DNA from: Mobula hypostoma
Lineage: Eukaryota
DNA length: 64,000 bases
Assembly (NCBI RefSeq): GCF_963921235.1
Contig: NC_086108.1
Span: 28,832,001-28,896,000 of the forward strand
Direction: 5' to 3'
Position 1 is the first letter of the stretch. Every line of letters begins with the position of its first letter. The translations under genes and the position numbers were made by a program. Below, piece by piece: positions 1 through 14,283 of the stretch. The notes under the pieces are model-generated. The model saw only the letters and a list, made by a program, of their open reading frames with translations. It did no database searches and was not told where the DNA came from.

Positions 1-402
1 AACAGTCTCTGCTTATTTCATCAAGGTAGCGTTACCATCCTCACCTCTCACGGCCGAGTGTTCAAAACTCATTCCAGAGTTTCAAGTGTAAAATCCAGCC
101 CAACGATCCAGAATGAACTTTGTCAGCTGGTGTTGCAGCTAAGTTCAAACAGCTCACCAATAAGAGATTCTTCAAAGTGTTATCTCTGTCACAGCCTCTA
201 TCGCTAACTTTACTTTTGTCAGAGACAGGGACATGTATATGAACTCACGTACTTGTTTTTTAAGGTGGACACAAAGGGAAGGTGTTCAACTTCCTTGCTG
301 ATAAAAATGAAAATGATTGTTCACGGAAGATCTAAATTATCTAGGATTTAAGAAAACTGACTTATTTTTTTGGAATAAACCTAAATAAAACAGATGCCAC
401 AG

Positions 403-685
403 GAACATAGCAGTTAGTGTGACGCTATTACAACCCAGAACGTTCTGGAGTTCAATTCTGGCGCACTTCTGTAAGGAGTCTTTGTATATCTCCCCACGGG
501 CTGCATGGGTTTTCCGTGGGTGCTCTGGTTTCCTCCCACAGTCCAAACACCTACTAGGTAGGTCATTATAAATTGTCCTGTGATTAGGTTAGGGTTAACT
601 GTGTTGTGGGGTTGCTGGTGCAGTGTGGCTCAAAGGACTGTGAGGACCTATTCCACGCTGTATTGCTAAATAAAAAATAAATAAA
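403..685 (+). mobile_element. tRNA-derived SINE, HE1/V-SINE-like
   Basis: B-box-like gagttcaattc, central tgggtttt..gggtgctctggtttcctcccacagtccaaa motif, taaa-rich tail; related copies elsewhere in the window. Confidence 0.7.
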
Positions 686-914
686 AACAGAACTTGGGGT
701 GCCCTTGAATGGTTTGGCTGTATATCTAAATAAGGTGCACACTTATGCTTCAGTACAATCAGAAGCAAAATACCCAGGCAAGAAGGCCCAGAACTGGAGT
801 AGGCACGAGCAAGACAGGGCACCAGTGAGCAACTTGTTGCAATCAGAGAGACCAAAAACATACACGAGATGAGTGTCGGGTGAGTAAAGCCAAGTAAGAC
901 CAGAAGTCAGTCTG

Positions 915-1245
915 TGAATCAGAATGAGGTCTATTATCACCAACATATGTCATGAAATCTCTTGTTTTTCTGGCAACAATACAGAATAAATTATTAAAAA
1001 TACATTCTGATAAATTAATAAATAAAGCAAAAGAGGAATAGAAAGAGTGTTTTGGACTGTTCGGAAATGCAATGGCAGAGAGGATGAGGCTATTCCTAAA
1101 ACACAGCGTGGATCTTCAGGCTCCTGCACATTCACTCCAATAGTAATGATAAGAAGAGGGCATGTCCCAGATGGTAAGGATCCTTAATGATGGATGACGC
1201 CTTCATGAGGCACCGCCTTTTGAAGGTGTCATCGATAGTGGGGAA
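915..1245 (-). mobile_element. Rex1/Babar-like LINE 3' fragment
   Basis: Same 3' end as the copies at about 13.0, 28.4 and 49.5 kb; degenerate ASIIKDPxHPGHAL-type coding remnant. Confidence 0.6.
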
Positions 1246-2305
1246 AATTCCTCACAGACAGTTGTTCTGCAAAGAGCAGATGGTGGAGAACTGGCTGTAA
1301 ATTTTATGAGTCAGGCTTGATGCATGGCAGCAAGAGCTGCTAGACAATGCAATGCAGTCAGGAGATGGCTGTAAATCTGTCATATCCGGTGCAAATATAG
1401 CCTGAATGGCTAGTTCATCTCAGGTCCACTTAACCCTGTTCTAGCATTCATTGTTGGTGTGCAATATTGTTAGCAGCCACTTGTTAAAAGCTGTCTCTAC
1501 CCCCACACTCCACCTATCAGATATTGCCAGGAATGATTCTAAATTTAGAATGATTCTCACTGGAATTACAGCATGCAGAACAAAGAAACAACTTAACACA
1601 AGCAGCAGAAGAATAAATTTCAAACAGATAAACTGATTCCCTCTGCCTCAGGTTCCACAAGCCTCTTTTACAAATGCCCTCCTCCGCCCTGTGAATGTAT
1701 TACCATAACAGCCTGTGTTAAAGAAGATGACAACCTGCAGAGAACTAGTTCTGCAGTTCTACACAGTAAAGGGCTACGAATGTTATTTTTTTGGTTATTT
1801 ATTATTTGCACTCAGCACAACAATAATTTAGAGCTCTGTAACCCAATAGGGCATCTACCAAAAATGTGTTTGCTAGACAACCAAATGTGCACAAAATCGT
1901 TCATGTTCAGATCAAGATACAATGTGTGTCACCTGGGTTCAAAACTGTGTACAATTTCAATTCCTGTCAATATATTTGTGAGTGTGCTACACAACAGTAG
2001 CATGCTAGTTTGCACATTTTGTATTTTATATTTAACTTGCTTTTGCGTCCATGGCCACTGACTGCTATCTAGTTTGAGATAGATCAATTTAATTACACAA
2101 CATTTTGTTATGAGGCACAGGCTACCTTGGGTTAAAGTGCCTGAAGGATAAAAACATAGATGAGAATGAAAGATGTGAAGTGATATTCAAAGCTGTGCTT
2201 TGACAGGATAATCATGTGGTATGATGCATATAAAAACTTGTTTAGTGTTTGGTAAACAAAGTGAAAAGATTATATTTGCAACTTCACAGCTATAGATTCA
2301 ACATA

Positions 2306-3993
2306 CAGTCGGCCCTCCTTATCCGCGAGGGATTGGGTCCGGGACCCCTCGCGGATGCTCAAGTCCCTTATTCAACCTGTTGAGATGCGATGGACCTTAG
2401 GACCCAGCAGAACCCCGGACCTTATTTAACCTGTCTCAGTGCGGTGGACATTAGGACCCGGCGGCGGAGCTCTGAATCCGCAGTGTTTCTGTTCATGAAA
2501 ATAATCACGATCACGATTTTAAATAAAGTGGAACTAATAAAGCGATCGGAAAGAGGTCACCATTGGTCATTGGAAAAACGTTAAGCTACAGTCGGTCAAA
2601 GATTGGAACAATTTTAAAGGATAAAGTGAGAAAGGCCCTGCCCCGATGAAAGCTACAATTATTACTAAGCAACACAGTGGTTTAATTATTGGGTTTTTGG
2701 GTTTTGGGTTTTTGATCCATCACATCAACCCGGCACGGATAAGGAGCATACTCGGGAGCGGTCTATTACTGGATCGAACTCGGGAATTTCCGTTCCTGAG
2801 CCCGGCGTCGAAACATGCGTTTCCTAAGTGTTTTATATGCATAGAAAGGTAAAATATATACTATATACTAAGACAAATGTTTGACTAACTGACGCTAAAC
2901 AATACCGGATGTACCTGTTCCGACTTACTTATAAAGAGAACTTCCATCCCCATATAAACCCTACTTGTGATAGATGTCACTCTGAGGTGGCTTCTTTAAC
3001 TCATATGTTTTGGTCCTGTCCTCTTTTGGAAAAATATTGGAAAGATATTTTTGATATTATTTCAACAGTTCTATGTTTTGATTTAAAACCCCATCCTATT
3101 ATGGCAATTTTTGGATTGCCAATGGTAGAACATAGATCTTTGTCTTCTTCAGCCTGTCGGATGATAGCATTTGTTACTTTAATGACTTGAAGATCTATTT
3201 TGTTGAACTGGAAGGAAACCAATCCTCCTACTATATTCCAATGGTTTTCTCAAATATATTAAGTTTACATTTAGAAAAAATTAGAAGTGATATTTTTGAT
3301 CCTTCGGTTAAATTTGAAGAAACTTGGAAAACTTTTACGCAACATTTTCATATGATGTAATTTGCCCTTTCCGAATCTTTTTTTTAACTTAAATTATATG
3401 AATAGAGGAGCAGAGTTGACAACATTACTGAACGTGTCTGATTCAAGATATTGGTCTAGCCCTGTTTTGTTCTGTTTCTTTTTGGGGTTTTTTTTCTTTT
3501 TCTTTTGGGGGTTTTTCTTTGTTTATATATATATTTTTTCTTTTTATTTCTTTTTTTCCTTTATGACTAATTTCATTATGAGTTTGGAAGTCTATTATAC
3601 CTATGTTACTTAAAATCCTTTTTGTATATGCTTATTAAGATTATTCCAATCTCTTTGTATCAACTTTGTTATTAAGTTTATAATTTTGAAAATTAATAAA
3701 AAGATTTAAAAAGAAAGAAAGAGAACTTCTCTTTTCTTTTTGATCCCGATCCACAATAACCTACGCACATCCTCCCGTATACTTTAAATCATCTCTAGAT
3801 TACTTATAATACCTAATGCAGCGTAAATGCTATGTAAAATAGTTGTTATACGGCATTGTTTAGGGACTAATGACAAGAAAAAAAGTCTGTACATGTTCGA
3901 ACAACAAGTGCTGGAAGAGCACTTCCGGGTTTTCTCGATTCGCGGTTGGTTGAATTCGCGCATGCGGAACTCGCGGATAAGGAGGGCCGACTG
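2306..3993. mobile_element. Non-autonomous Tigger/pogo-type element interrupted by an L1 fragment
   Basis: Perfect 24-bp TIR CAGTCGGCCCTCCTTATCCGCGAG at both ends; TA at 2304-2305 and 3994-3995. Confidence 0.85.
2945..3717 (+). mobile_element. 5'-truncated L1 (end of ORF2 plus 3' UTR)
   Basis: HINPTCDRC...LTHMFWSC is homologous to the ORF2 end of the full L1; AATAAA plus (aaag)n tail; TSD aaagagaacttc at 2933-2944 and 3718-3729. Confidence 0.9.
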
Positions 3994-6278
3994 TACTGAA
4001 TCCCCTAACACTATTGAAGGCATATCCTTGAAGTTTATCAAGTAGCATGCACTGCCAAACAGAATTAAAGCACATCCTGTACAAAAAGTAGTTAAAATAC
4101 AGGAGGAAAGGTACCTGTGCCACTTTCCTGCAGTCAACTGGCACAAATTTAACCTGGGAGCAACTTTATATGGGCTAGCATTTGAACTCGAGCAATTTCA
4201 AATGCCAGCCCAGAAAAATGACTACACAGTTCAGATTGACCTTCTGCCGTGCAACTGAGGGGGCTGTATGCCCTTAGAGACGCAATTTTATGGTTGATCT
4301 TCACCCAGATCCCCACAGAAGCAGAGGAACATAAAACCTTAATATCCTATCTAATAAAAAAAAGGAAGGGAGATTAGCTTTATTGTCATATGTACATCGA
4401 AACAAAGTGGGATGTGCCATTTGCAACAATGACCACAGTATGAAGATGTGGGAGGAAAATATAAACTCCTTACAGACAATAAGGCAATTTAACCCCAATC
4501 TTCCAATTGCTGGTGCTATAAAGCTTTATCTTAACTGCTACGCTACCGTGCAACCAAGGGATTCTAAATCACAATGCACATACTTAACCTTAAGGACCTA
4601 ATCTCTTAATGATTGAATGCGCCCAATGGGATTTCACTAACATTAAATAACAGAGGTGCCAATAACAAGATAGCTTAGGTTAAGGTAAAGGGAGATTTAG
4701 AGAAAATTTGCAGAGGAAATTTCACTGCCCCATCAGATGGAATAACTTACTTGAGCATTCATCACAATGTTGTCTTCAGTAACATGTTAGATGCAAAATG
4801 GCTGCTATACTCTTTTTCATTCCAGGAAAATTGACAATTTGAAAGTACTTTATGGGCTGTGTTGTACGTGGGGACACCAGGAGGGGGTGTAGCACTGCCA
4901 ATTCTTTCTTTACAAGTAGCCTAAAGTGAACATTAATTATCCCTGTCAAGTGAAGAGTTGTCAAGAAATTATTTGAAGTTGATGTGTAAATTGTTGTACA
5001 TCTGTACAGAATCTTTACTTCATTGCAGTACCACTGATTAAAACTTAAATTTCCCAAGAACGATACTATCAGCAATAACCTAGTTTTGAGATCTTCTACT
5101 TGGTAAATTGCATCGCCCATAAAGGCAAGCAAGCATCAAACTTTGTTTTTTGAACATAAATGACATGAAACAGTACCAAATTAATAGCCAGGTACAATAC
5201 TATTATCCAGGAATGGATCAAAACTTGCTGTAAGCCTACCATTTTTAAGAAAGTGATACAGTATTTACAGCTTTTGATGTTCACTTCTCTCCATGGGCAG
5301 AACCTTAGGTTGATCAATCAATCCCTGAGAATCTTAACTCACAAAACATTCAGCATCACAAAATCTTTTCCACAAGTTAAATTATTAAACTAAAGAGCTT
5401 TGAGGCTAATTATTTTCAAGCAGGAAATATAAGAATAAAGAATACTATAATAAGGTTCTGTCTGGGAATGGAAGAAATGAGCAATCCAGCAAAGAAACAG
5501 AAACCAGCCCTACGGCCCACTGGGTCCATTTCTGCCATCTATGTACACCAATTCCATTTTCCAGCACCCAGCCCACAGCCTTCCACCATCATAGCGTTTC
5601 AAATGTTCATCTGAATGCTTTCTAAATGTGGGAGGGAAGTGTTAAGTTGACCTTGGCGTATGTTAAAAGGCTCGCACAACATCATGCGTCAAAAGGCCTG
5701 TACTGTGCTGTACGTTCTGTGTTAAAATGTTACTAGAGTACCTGCCTCGCTAATTTCAACTATGCTCTGGGTGAAAACATTCTTCTTCAAAGCTGCTCTG
5801 AACCTCCTGCAATTTACTTTATATATATCGTCCGGATATAGACTCCTCAGTGATATAAATACTGAATTACATTCCCATTGGAAGCATTCAACCCTTCAAC
5901 TTTAAGAGATACGGTCCTTAAAATTAATCTCATGCACAGTAGGTTCAATGTCATTTGGACTTGGAATCCCGAGCCCCATCTATCATCAGAAGGGAACATA
6001 AATAGATTTGAAGTAACCTTTTCTGTAACACGATTCCTACGTGCCAGGAATCAGTCCTCAGACATCTGTGCTAAATGGTTAACATGGTAGGGGCTGGGGT
6101 GTTGAATACCAGTTCTGAAGTTTGATTTCAGTGGCTTAAGTGTTTTACTTCTATATTCCTTCTCTTCAAATGTACTTCAGTTTCTCTTTCACCTTGTACT
6201 ATATCCCTTGCTCTTCTAATTAATGTTTTAAGACCTGATAATTAAATGCAGTAAATAAGACAACACTAACTTCTACTA

Positions 6279-6400
6279 ACAACACACATCAAAGTTGCTG
6301 GTGAACGCAGCAGGCCAAGCAGCATCTGTAGGAAGAGGTGCAGTCGACGTTTCAGGCCGAGACCCTTCGTCACGACTAAGTGAAGGAAGAGTGAGTAAGT
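6279..6400 (-). mobile_element. Short PLE terminal fragment with a mutated hammerhead motif
   Basis: Matches the 3' part of the PLE at 9392; TSD actaacttctacta at 6265-6278 and 6401-6414; core reads GUGACGA instead of CUGACGA. Confidence 0.8.
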
Positions 6401-7812
6401 ACTAACTTCTACTACTGGTGAAGCCAAAGGAAACAACCAGATATAAAAGATAAAGGATACTGAACACATCAGTGAATTTCAAGGCCCCTGTGGCATTAAA
6501 ATAAAGTTAATTAATTTCTTTGATTTCTTCTAAGGAGCCTTTAGACCCACATACCCTATCCTGCTGTACAGTCTCTGCAAAATAAATCTGTAGGTTTCAG
6601 AGCAAGATTGCTGTACCAAAGAGACATCAGAGACTGCCGTGTACTTTGCTTCACAGAAACACGGCTACCCTCACCATTTCGGATACAGTGCTGCAGCCTG
6701 AAGGCTTCACCATCTACCGCACAGACAGAAAAGCTGTCTTACAAAGGTAGAGGGTGTGGAGTGTGTTTCATGATTACCTCATCATGGTGCAGAGACATAG
6801 CAGTTCTGTTGTAGTCCTGCTCACCTGACCTGGAACATCCAGAGGTCAAATGCCATCCATTTTATCTGTTGACAGAGTTTTCTACTGCCATCCTGGTACA
6901 TGTGTCATTCTACCTCTAGTCATGTCAGAGAGGCACTGGAGTAGCTGAGCACTGTGATCAGCAGTCATGAAAGTGTGCACCCTGATGCCTTCCCTATCAT
7001 CGTGGGGGATTTCAACCAGGCCAGTTTGAAGAAGTCTCTGAACAACTACCACCAACTTGTGGAGCCAGAGGAGCCAACACACTTGACCACTATTACATCA
7101 CCATCAAGAACACTTATCATGCCATTCCACGCCTGCACTTTAGAAAATTCAATCACCTGGCAGTACTTCTACTCATGGCATACAGCAGAGACTACAGACC
7201 ACAGCACTAGTGGTGATGACAAAAGAAGGTATGGTCAAAGGAGGCAGAGGAGCACTTACAGGACTGCTTTAAATTGGTGTTCAGCGATTTATCTTCTGAG
7301 TCTGAAACAACACACCACAGTTGTTACCAACTTCATCAAAACCTGCCTGGATGAGAATGTGCCTTTGAAGACACACTGGACATACACAATCAAAAGCCAT
7401 GGATGAACCAGGAGATTCACAGTCTTCTGAGAGCTAGATCTGTGCCATTCAATGCTGCTGAACTAGAACTATACAAGTAGACCTGGTAAAACCTATTGAA
7501 GGCTATTTTAAGAGCAAGGAAACAATTCCAATTAAATTGGAATCAGATGCATGTTAGCTCTAGCAGGGTTTGTAGGCCATTGCTTCCTACAAGGCAAAAC
7601 TTAACATTATGAATGTCTGTGATGCTTCACTCTGAGATGAACTCAACGCCTTTCATGCATGCTTTGAAAGGGAGAATAAAACTACACCTGTGCAAATCCC
7701 TGCAGTATGTGGCAACACTGTGTCTCACAGGCTGACATCAGAACATCTTTCAAGAGGGTGAACCCTCGCAAAGCGTCAGGGCCTAATGATGTACCTGGTA
7801 GGACACTGAAAA

Positions 7813-8367
7813 TTAGATTAGATTATGGAGGACACTCGTCATTGTCATTTAGAAATGCATGCATTAAAAAATGATACAATGTTCTTCCTGAAAGATATCA
7901 TAGAAACACAGGACAAACCAAGACTAAAACTGACAAAACCACATAATTATAACATATAGTTACAACAGTGCAAAGCAATACTGTAATTTGATAAAGTGCA
8001 GACCATGGACACAGTAAAAAAAAGTCTCAAGTTCCGAAAGCTCCATCATCTTACACAGACAGGACACTGAGTCCGTCCGAAAACTCGAGCCTCCGACCAG
8101 CCCTCCGACACCGAGCACCATCTCTGCCCCACCCCGGCCGCTGAACAACAAGCAAAGCCGAGGACTCGGGGTCTTCCCCTCCGGAGATTCTGGATCACAC
8201 AGTAGCAGCGGCAGCGAAACAGGCATTTCAGAAGTTTCACCAGATGTTCCTCCATGCTTTCACGTCTGTCTCCATCAAGTCAGGATTGTGCACAGCACTC
8301 TACTTGACAGATAACAGATATCATTCACCGGAGGGGCCGCTGCAAGCTGTGTCGCGCCGCCATCTTA
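7813..8367 (-). mobile_element. Non-coding non-autonomous retroelement (AAGATGGCG head, (TAATC)n tail)
   Basis: Reverse-complement match along its length to 60231-60893; interrupts the Rex1-like LINE. Confidence 0.75.
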
Positions 8368-9391
8368 CAGAAAATGTGTGCCAACCAACTGGCAGGAGTG
8401 TTTGAAGGATATCTTCAATTTCACTGCTGCAGTCAGAGGTTCCCACAGCTTCAAAAAGACAACAGTCAAATGGCCATTGCCCAATGCACTGACATCTACG
8501 GTGATGAAGTGCTTTGAGAGGTTGTTCATGACAGGATCAACTCCTGCCTAACCAAAGACCTGGACCCACTGCAATCTGCCCATCACCACGATAGGTCTAC
8601 AATCTCACAGCTCTACCCTCGGCCTTGGATCACCTGAACAAAAGTAATACATACATCAGGCTGCTGTCCATTGATTATAGCTCAGCATTTAACAGCACCA
8701 TACAATTCGTATTAATCAACTAAATACAGCTGGGCCTCTGCACCTCCCTCTGCTACTGGATACTTGACTTCCTCTTTGAGAGACCAGTCAGTGAGGATCG
8801 GAAATAATATCTCCAGCTCGCTGACAATCAACACTGGCGCACATCAATGATACATGCTCAGTTCACTTCTCTACTCTCTCTATGCTCATGACCACATGGC
8901 TAGGCACGGTTCAAATGCCATCTATAAATTTGCTCTCGACACAAATACTGCTGGCTAAATTTCAGATTGTGACAAGGAGGCGTACAGGAGAGAGATAGAT
9001 CAGGTGGCTGAGCGGTATCACAACACATTAACCTTGTACTCAATGTCAGTAAGGCCAAGCAACTGATTGTGAATTTCAGGACGGGGAAGTCAAGGATGCA
9101 CACACACCTGTTTGCCTCAAGGGATCAGTAGTGGAAAGGGTGAGTAGTTTCAAGTTCCTGAATGTCAACATCTCTGAAGATCTATCCTGGGCCCAACATA
9201 CTGATTCAATTACAAAGAAGGCATGACAGCAGCTGTATTTCACAAGGAGCTTGTATACACCATGGTATATCACCAAAAAACTTGTGCAAATTTTTACAGA
9301 TGTAACACGGAGAGCATACTAATTGGTTGCACCAGCATCTGGTATGAAGAGCCCACTGCACAGGATTGGAAAAAGCTGCAGAAAGTTGCAA

Positions 9392-9755
9392 CCACGAGGA
9401 ATTCTGCAGATGCTGGAAATTCAAGCAACACACATCAAAGTTGCTGGTGAACGCAGCAGGCCAGGCAGCATCTATAGGAAGAGGTACAGTCGACGTTTCA
9501 GGCTGAGACCCTTCGTCAGGACTAACTGAAAGAAGAGCTAGTAAGAGATTTGAAAGTGGGCGGGGGAGGGGGAGATCCAAAATGATAGGAGAAGACAGGA
9601 GGGGGAGGGATGGAGCCAAGAGCTGGACAGGTGATTGGCAAAAGGGGATATGAGAGGATCATGGGACAGGAGGCCTAGGGAGAAAGAAAAGGGGGGAGGT
9701 GGGGAACCCAGAGGATGGGCAAGGGGTATAGTCAGAGAGACAGAGGGAGAAAAAG

Positions 9756-9787
<32 letters not shown>

Positions 9788-11844
9788 ATATGTGTATATA
9801 AATAAATAACGGATGGGTTACGAGGGGGAGGTGGGGCATTAGCGGAAGTTAGAGAAGTCAATGTTCATGCCATCAGGTTGGAGGCGACCCAGACAGAATA
9901 TAAGGTGTTGTTCCTCCAACCTGAGTGTGGCTTCATCTTGACAGTAGAGGAGGCCGTGGATAGACATATCAGAATGGGAATGGGATGTGGAATTAAAATG
10001 TGTGGCCACTGGGAGATCCTGCTTTCTTTGGCTGACAGAGTGTAGGCGTTCAGCAAAATGACCTCCCAGACTGCGTCGGGTCCTGCCAATATATAGAAGG
10101 CCGCATCGGGAGCACCGGATGCAGTATATCACCCCAGTCGACTCATAGGTGACGTGTCGCCTCACCTGGAAGGACTGTCTGGGGCCCTGAATGGTGGTAA
10201 GGGAGAAAGTGTAAGGGCATGTGTAGCACTTGTTCCGCTTACAAGGATAAGTGCCAGGAAGAAGATCAGTGGGGAGGGATGGGGGGGACGAATGGACGAA
10301 GGAGTCGTGTAGGGAGTGATCCCTGCGGAAAGCAGGGGGGGGAGGGAAAGATGTGCTTAGTGGTGGGATCCCGTTGGAGGTGGCGGAAGTTATGGAGAAT
10401 AATATGTTGGACCCGGAGGCTGGTGGGGTGGTAGGTGAGGACCAGGGAAACCCTATTCCTAGTGGAGTGACGGGAGGATGGAGTGAAAGCAGATGTGTGT
10501 GAAATGGGGGAGATGCGTTTGAGAGCAGAGCTGATGGTGGAGGAAGGGAAGCCCCTTTCTTTAAAAAAGGACATTTCCCTCGTCCTGGAATGAAAAGCCT
10601 CCTCCTGAGAGCAGATGCAGCTGAGATGGAGGAATTGCGAGAAGGCGATGGCATTTTTGTAAGAGATAGGGTGAGAAGGGGAATAGTCCAGATAGCTGTG
10701 AGAGTCAGTAGGCTTATAGTAGACATCAGTAGATAAGCTGTCTCCAGAGATAGAGACAGAAAGATCATGAAAGGGGAGGGAGGTGTCGGAAATGGACCAG
10801 GTAAACTTGAGGGCAGGGTGAAAGTTGGAGGCAAAGTTAATAAAGTCAACGAGCTCAATATGCGTGCAGGAAGCAGCGCCAATGCAGTCGTCGATGTAGC
10901 GAAGGAAAAGTAGGGGGACAGATACCAGAATAGGTTTCGAACATAGATTGTTCCACCAAGCCAACAAAAAGACAGGCATAGCTAGGACCCATACGGGTGC
11001 CCATAGCTACACCTTTAGTTTGGAGGAAGTGGGAGGAGCCAAAGGAGAAATTGTTAAGAGTAAGGACTAATTCGGCTAGACGGAGCAGAGTGATGGTAGA
11101 GGGGAACTGATCAGGTCTGGAATCCAAAAAGTAGTGGAGAGCTTTGAGACCTTCCTGTTGGGGGATGGAAGTATATAGGGACTAGACATCCATGGTGAAA
11201 ATAAAGCGGTGGGGCCAGGGAACTTAAAATCATCGAAAAGTTTAAGAGCGTGAGAAGTGTCACGAACATAGGTAGGAAGGGATTGAACAAGGGGGGATAA
11301 AACAGTGTCGAGGTATGCAGAAACGAGTTTGGTGGGGCAGGAGCAAGCTGAGACAATAGGTCTGCCAGGACAGGCAGGTTTGTGGATCTTGGGTAGGAGG
11401 TAGAAACGGGAAGTGCGAGGTGTGGGAACTATAAGGTTGGTAGTACTTCTGCTAATGCCCCACCTCTCCCTCGTACCCCATCCGTTATTTATTTATATAC
11501 ACATATTCTTTCTCTCACTCTCCTTTTTCTCCCTCTGTCCCTCTGACTATACCCCATGCCCATCCTCTGGGTTTTTTTTCCCCCTCCCCTTTTTCCTTCT
11601 CCCTGGGCCTCCTGTCCCATGATCCTCTCATACCCCTTTTGCCAATCACCTGTCGAGCCCTTGGCTCCATCCCTCCCCCTCCTGTCTTCCCCTATCATTT
11701 TGGATCTCCCCCTCCCCCTCCACTTTCAAATCTCTTACTAGCTCTTCCTTCAGTTAGTCCTGACAAAGGGTCTCGGCCCGAAGCGTTGACTGTACCTCTT
11801 CCTAGAGATGCTGCCTGGCCTGCTGCTTTCACCAGCAACTTTGA
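9392..11844 (-). mobile_element. Penelope-like element (Neptune-type), 5'-truncated, with an inverted copy of its 3' end
   Basis: Frameshifted ORF about 9839-11442 with RT motifs GVAMGTRMGPSYACLF and RYIDD, Cys linker CKRNKCYTC and GIY-YIG-like VIYCIRCSRCGLLYIG; 11444-11844 is an inverted copy of about 9435-9850; TSD agaaagttgcaa at 9380-9391 and 11845-11856. Confidence 0.9.
9488..9523 (-). ncRNA. Minimal type I hammerhead ribozyme motif, intact core
   Basis: Minus strand AGUC-CUGACGA-AGG(GUCUCAG)CCU-GAAAC-GUC-GACU: stem I AGUC/GACU, stem II AGG/CCU, palindromic ACGU in place of stem III; activity untested. Confidence 0.7.
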
Positions 11845-12801
11845 AGAAAGTTGCAAACTCAGCCAGCTCCATCATGGACGTTACGTCTCCCCAGTATTGA
11901 GGACATCTTCAAAAGGAAATGCCTCAAAAAGATGGTATCATTAAAGACCCCCCCACCCATCACTCTGGTCACACCTTTTTCTCATTGCTGCCATCAAGGA
12001 GAAGATACAGGACTATGAAGACATAAACTTATCATTTTAGGAACAGCTCCTTCCCTTCATCCATCAGATTTCTGAATGGACAATGAACCCATGTACGCTA
12101 TCCCACAATTATTCCGATTTTGAACATTGAAAACAGTTTCCCCTGCTTTGTACTTCAAGCATACAGAAGACTCTATGCACCAGTCAAAATCCATCTGTAA
12201 ATTGGAAGTTGAATTGCGATAATCTGACCAGCACCATTTTAAAAGCTTGCTATCTTTAAGTTGAACTACTATTATTATATCAAACCTAGGCTCCATGCAT
12301 GCTGGTAAAGCATCATGAGGTTATACTCCACTGTGATTTGCTGAACTTGAATAGCAGAATCTCTAAACAGAAATAGAACAGAAACTATAGAGACAGGTTA
12401 AAGCACAGACATGTTTAACTAATGACAAATAATTTAGGGAGGCTGTGGTGTTATGCTACGCAATACACAAGTATTTCCAACAAGACTGTTCAGTTTATTT
12501 CTGATTGCTATATAAAGAACAGGAACGACGCCAATCCCCTCTAATGTTTCATGGTACACTCAGCTCCTCAGTTCAGATTGCTCCCACCACCAGTAAAAGC
12601 CTTCTCCTGTTTTCACGTGTTCTCGCCAAACGTGAGCGAAGCTGCAAAGGACAAAGGCTTTAGCTGTGCTGCTGCATGTTTTCTCTTGCAGTCTGAATGG
12701 TATTTAACAAGGTGGCTCATGTTTTCCTTCACAGACACCCGGCATGTGGGACAATACCTACTCTAATTAGTGGTAAAATACAACAAAGCAGAAGAAGTTT
12801 G

Positions 12802-12919
<118 letters not shown>

Positions 12920-12989
12920 GCATTGGGGAAGTGAGAAGCAGCAGGAGATTGGGGAAGGAATGAAAAAAATACAAGGGCCCTCAATGTTA

Positions 12990-13630
12990 GGGTCAGAATC
13001 AGGTTTATTATCACCGGCCTGTGTCGAGAAATTTGTTAACTTAGCAGCAGCAGTTCAATGCAATACATAACAGAAGAAAAAACAAATAAGTAAAAAAACA
13101 AATAATATATATTTTAAAAAGTGAGGTAGTGTTCAATGTCCATTTAAGAATCGGATGGCAAAGTGGAAGAAGCTGTTCCTGAATCGCTGAGTGTGTGCCT
13201 TCAGGCTTCTGTACCTCCTACCTGATGGTAACAGTGAGAAAAGGGCATGCCCTGGATGTTGGAGGTCCTTAACAATGGACGCTGCCTTTCTGAGACACCA
13301 CTCCTTGAAGATGCCCTGGGTACCTTGTAGGCTCGTACCCAAGATGGAGCCAACTAAATTTACAAACCTCTGCAGCTTCTTTCGGTCCTGTGCAGTCGCC
13401 CCTCCATACCAGACAGTGATGCAGCCTGTCAGAATGCTCTCTACGGTTCAACTATAGAAGTTTTGAGTGTATTTGTTGATATACCAGATCTCTACAAACT
13501 CCTAATGAAGTACAGTCACTGTCTTGCATCCAATATGTTGGGACCAGGTTAGATCATCAGAGATCTTGCCACCCAGGAACTTGAAACTGCTCACTCTCTC
13601 CACTTCTGATCCCTCTACGAGGATTGGTAT
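12990..13630 (-). mobile_element. Rex1/Babar-like LINE 3' fragment
   Basis: VERVSSFKFLG and HPGHALFSLLPSGRRYRSL...FRNSFF peptides. Confidence 0.8.
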
Positions 13631-14002
13631 ACAGCAGTGAAGATTCCTGTTGCACCCGATGAATGTTTTATTCAATTCTTTAAGAATCCTGCTTCCCATA
13701 AATAAGCAAGGCAAACCATTTACCTTCTCTGAACTTGTAAAACTCCTCTGGATGCCCAAAGTCTTCAGCATTACACTGGACTTACTGTAAATACTGTACT
13801 TCCCAACCAGATTAAAATCCTGAACAAAATAAATTTCTTAGTTCTCATTTCTTGCCATAGCTTCAGCAGAAAGTTTATTGGATCCCTGACAATAGCCTCA
13901 AGTCATTTGCACAGTTACTCTCTCAATTTCTGATATCCTGAAATTTTGACAAACATTCAAAATAAAAACTAGTTCGAAATTTTCATTCTTAAACAGATTA
14001 TA

Positions 14003-14283
14003 AAGTCAGTCACGAGCCTTGTGGCCCATCAGGCCGGTGCTTATGCTGGTTTTTGTGGCATGAAGCAACTGAGAGCACAAGACTCCCCTCCAGATAGGTC
14101 ACCAGTCTATCGTGAGGTTAACGCCCAGCATTTTTGCTGGTACCCATTCTCAGCTGGGTAGACTGGAGCATTGTGTGGTTAAGTGCCTTGCTCAAGGACA
14201 CACACACTGCTTTGGCCAAGGCTCGAAACCACGACCTTCAGATCACTAGTCCAACGCCCTAACCACTTGGCCACGTGCCACAC
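14003..14283 (-). mobile_element. tRNA-derived SINE with CORE-like segment
   Basis: Minus-strand A box TGGCCAAGTGG, B-box-like GGTTTCGAGCC, gtgtccttgagcaaggcacttaacc; TSD tcttaaacagat at 13987-13998 and 14284-14295. Confidence 0.8.

Larger units (their letters stand above)
6555..12090 (+). mobile_element. Degenerate Rex1/Babar-like LINE (EN, RT, C-terminal domain) split by two insertions
   Basis: Fragmented motifs LCFTET, IIVGDFNQA, IDYSSAFN, ESILIGCTSIWY, KKLQKVA; resumes after the PLE at about 11857; many stops and frameshifts. Confidence 0.75.

Noticed and set aside
249..297. 49-nt minus-strand segment with good splice signals as the next C1orf21 exon
   Set aside because: After a phase-0 exon it reads CAA GGA AGT TGA (stop) and lacks the expected EKS start.
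4751..4920. Minus-strand segment between tttag and gtaagt
   Set aside because: Stops in all three frames; no recognised homology.
11751..11795. Plus-strand hammerhead in the inverted PLE arm as functional
   Set aside because: Core is mutated (CUGACAA, GAAGC, GUU).
12613..12757. Minus-strand YCPTCR peptide resembling a RING finger end
   Set aside because: Isolated short motif, weak acceptor, no other RING residues.
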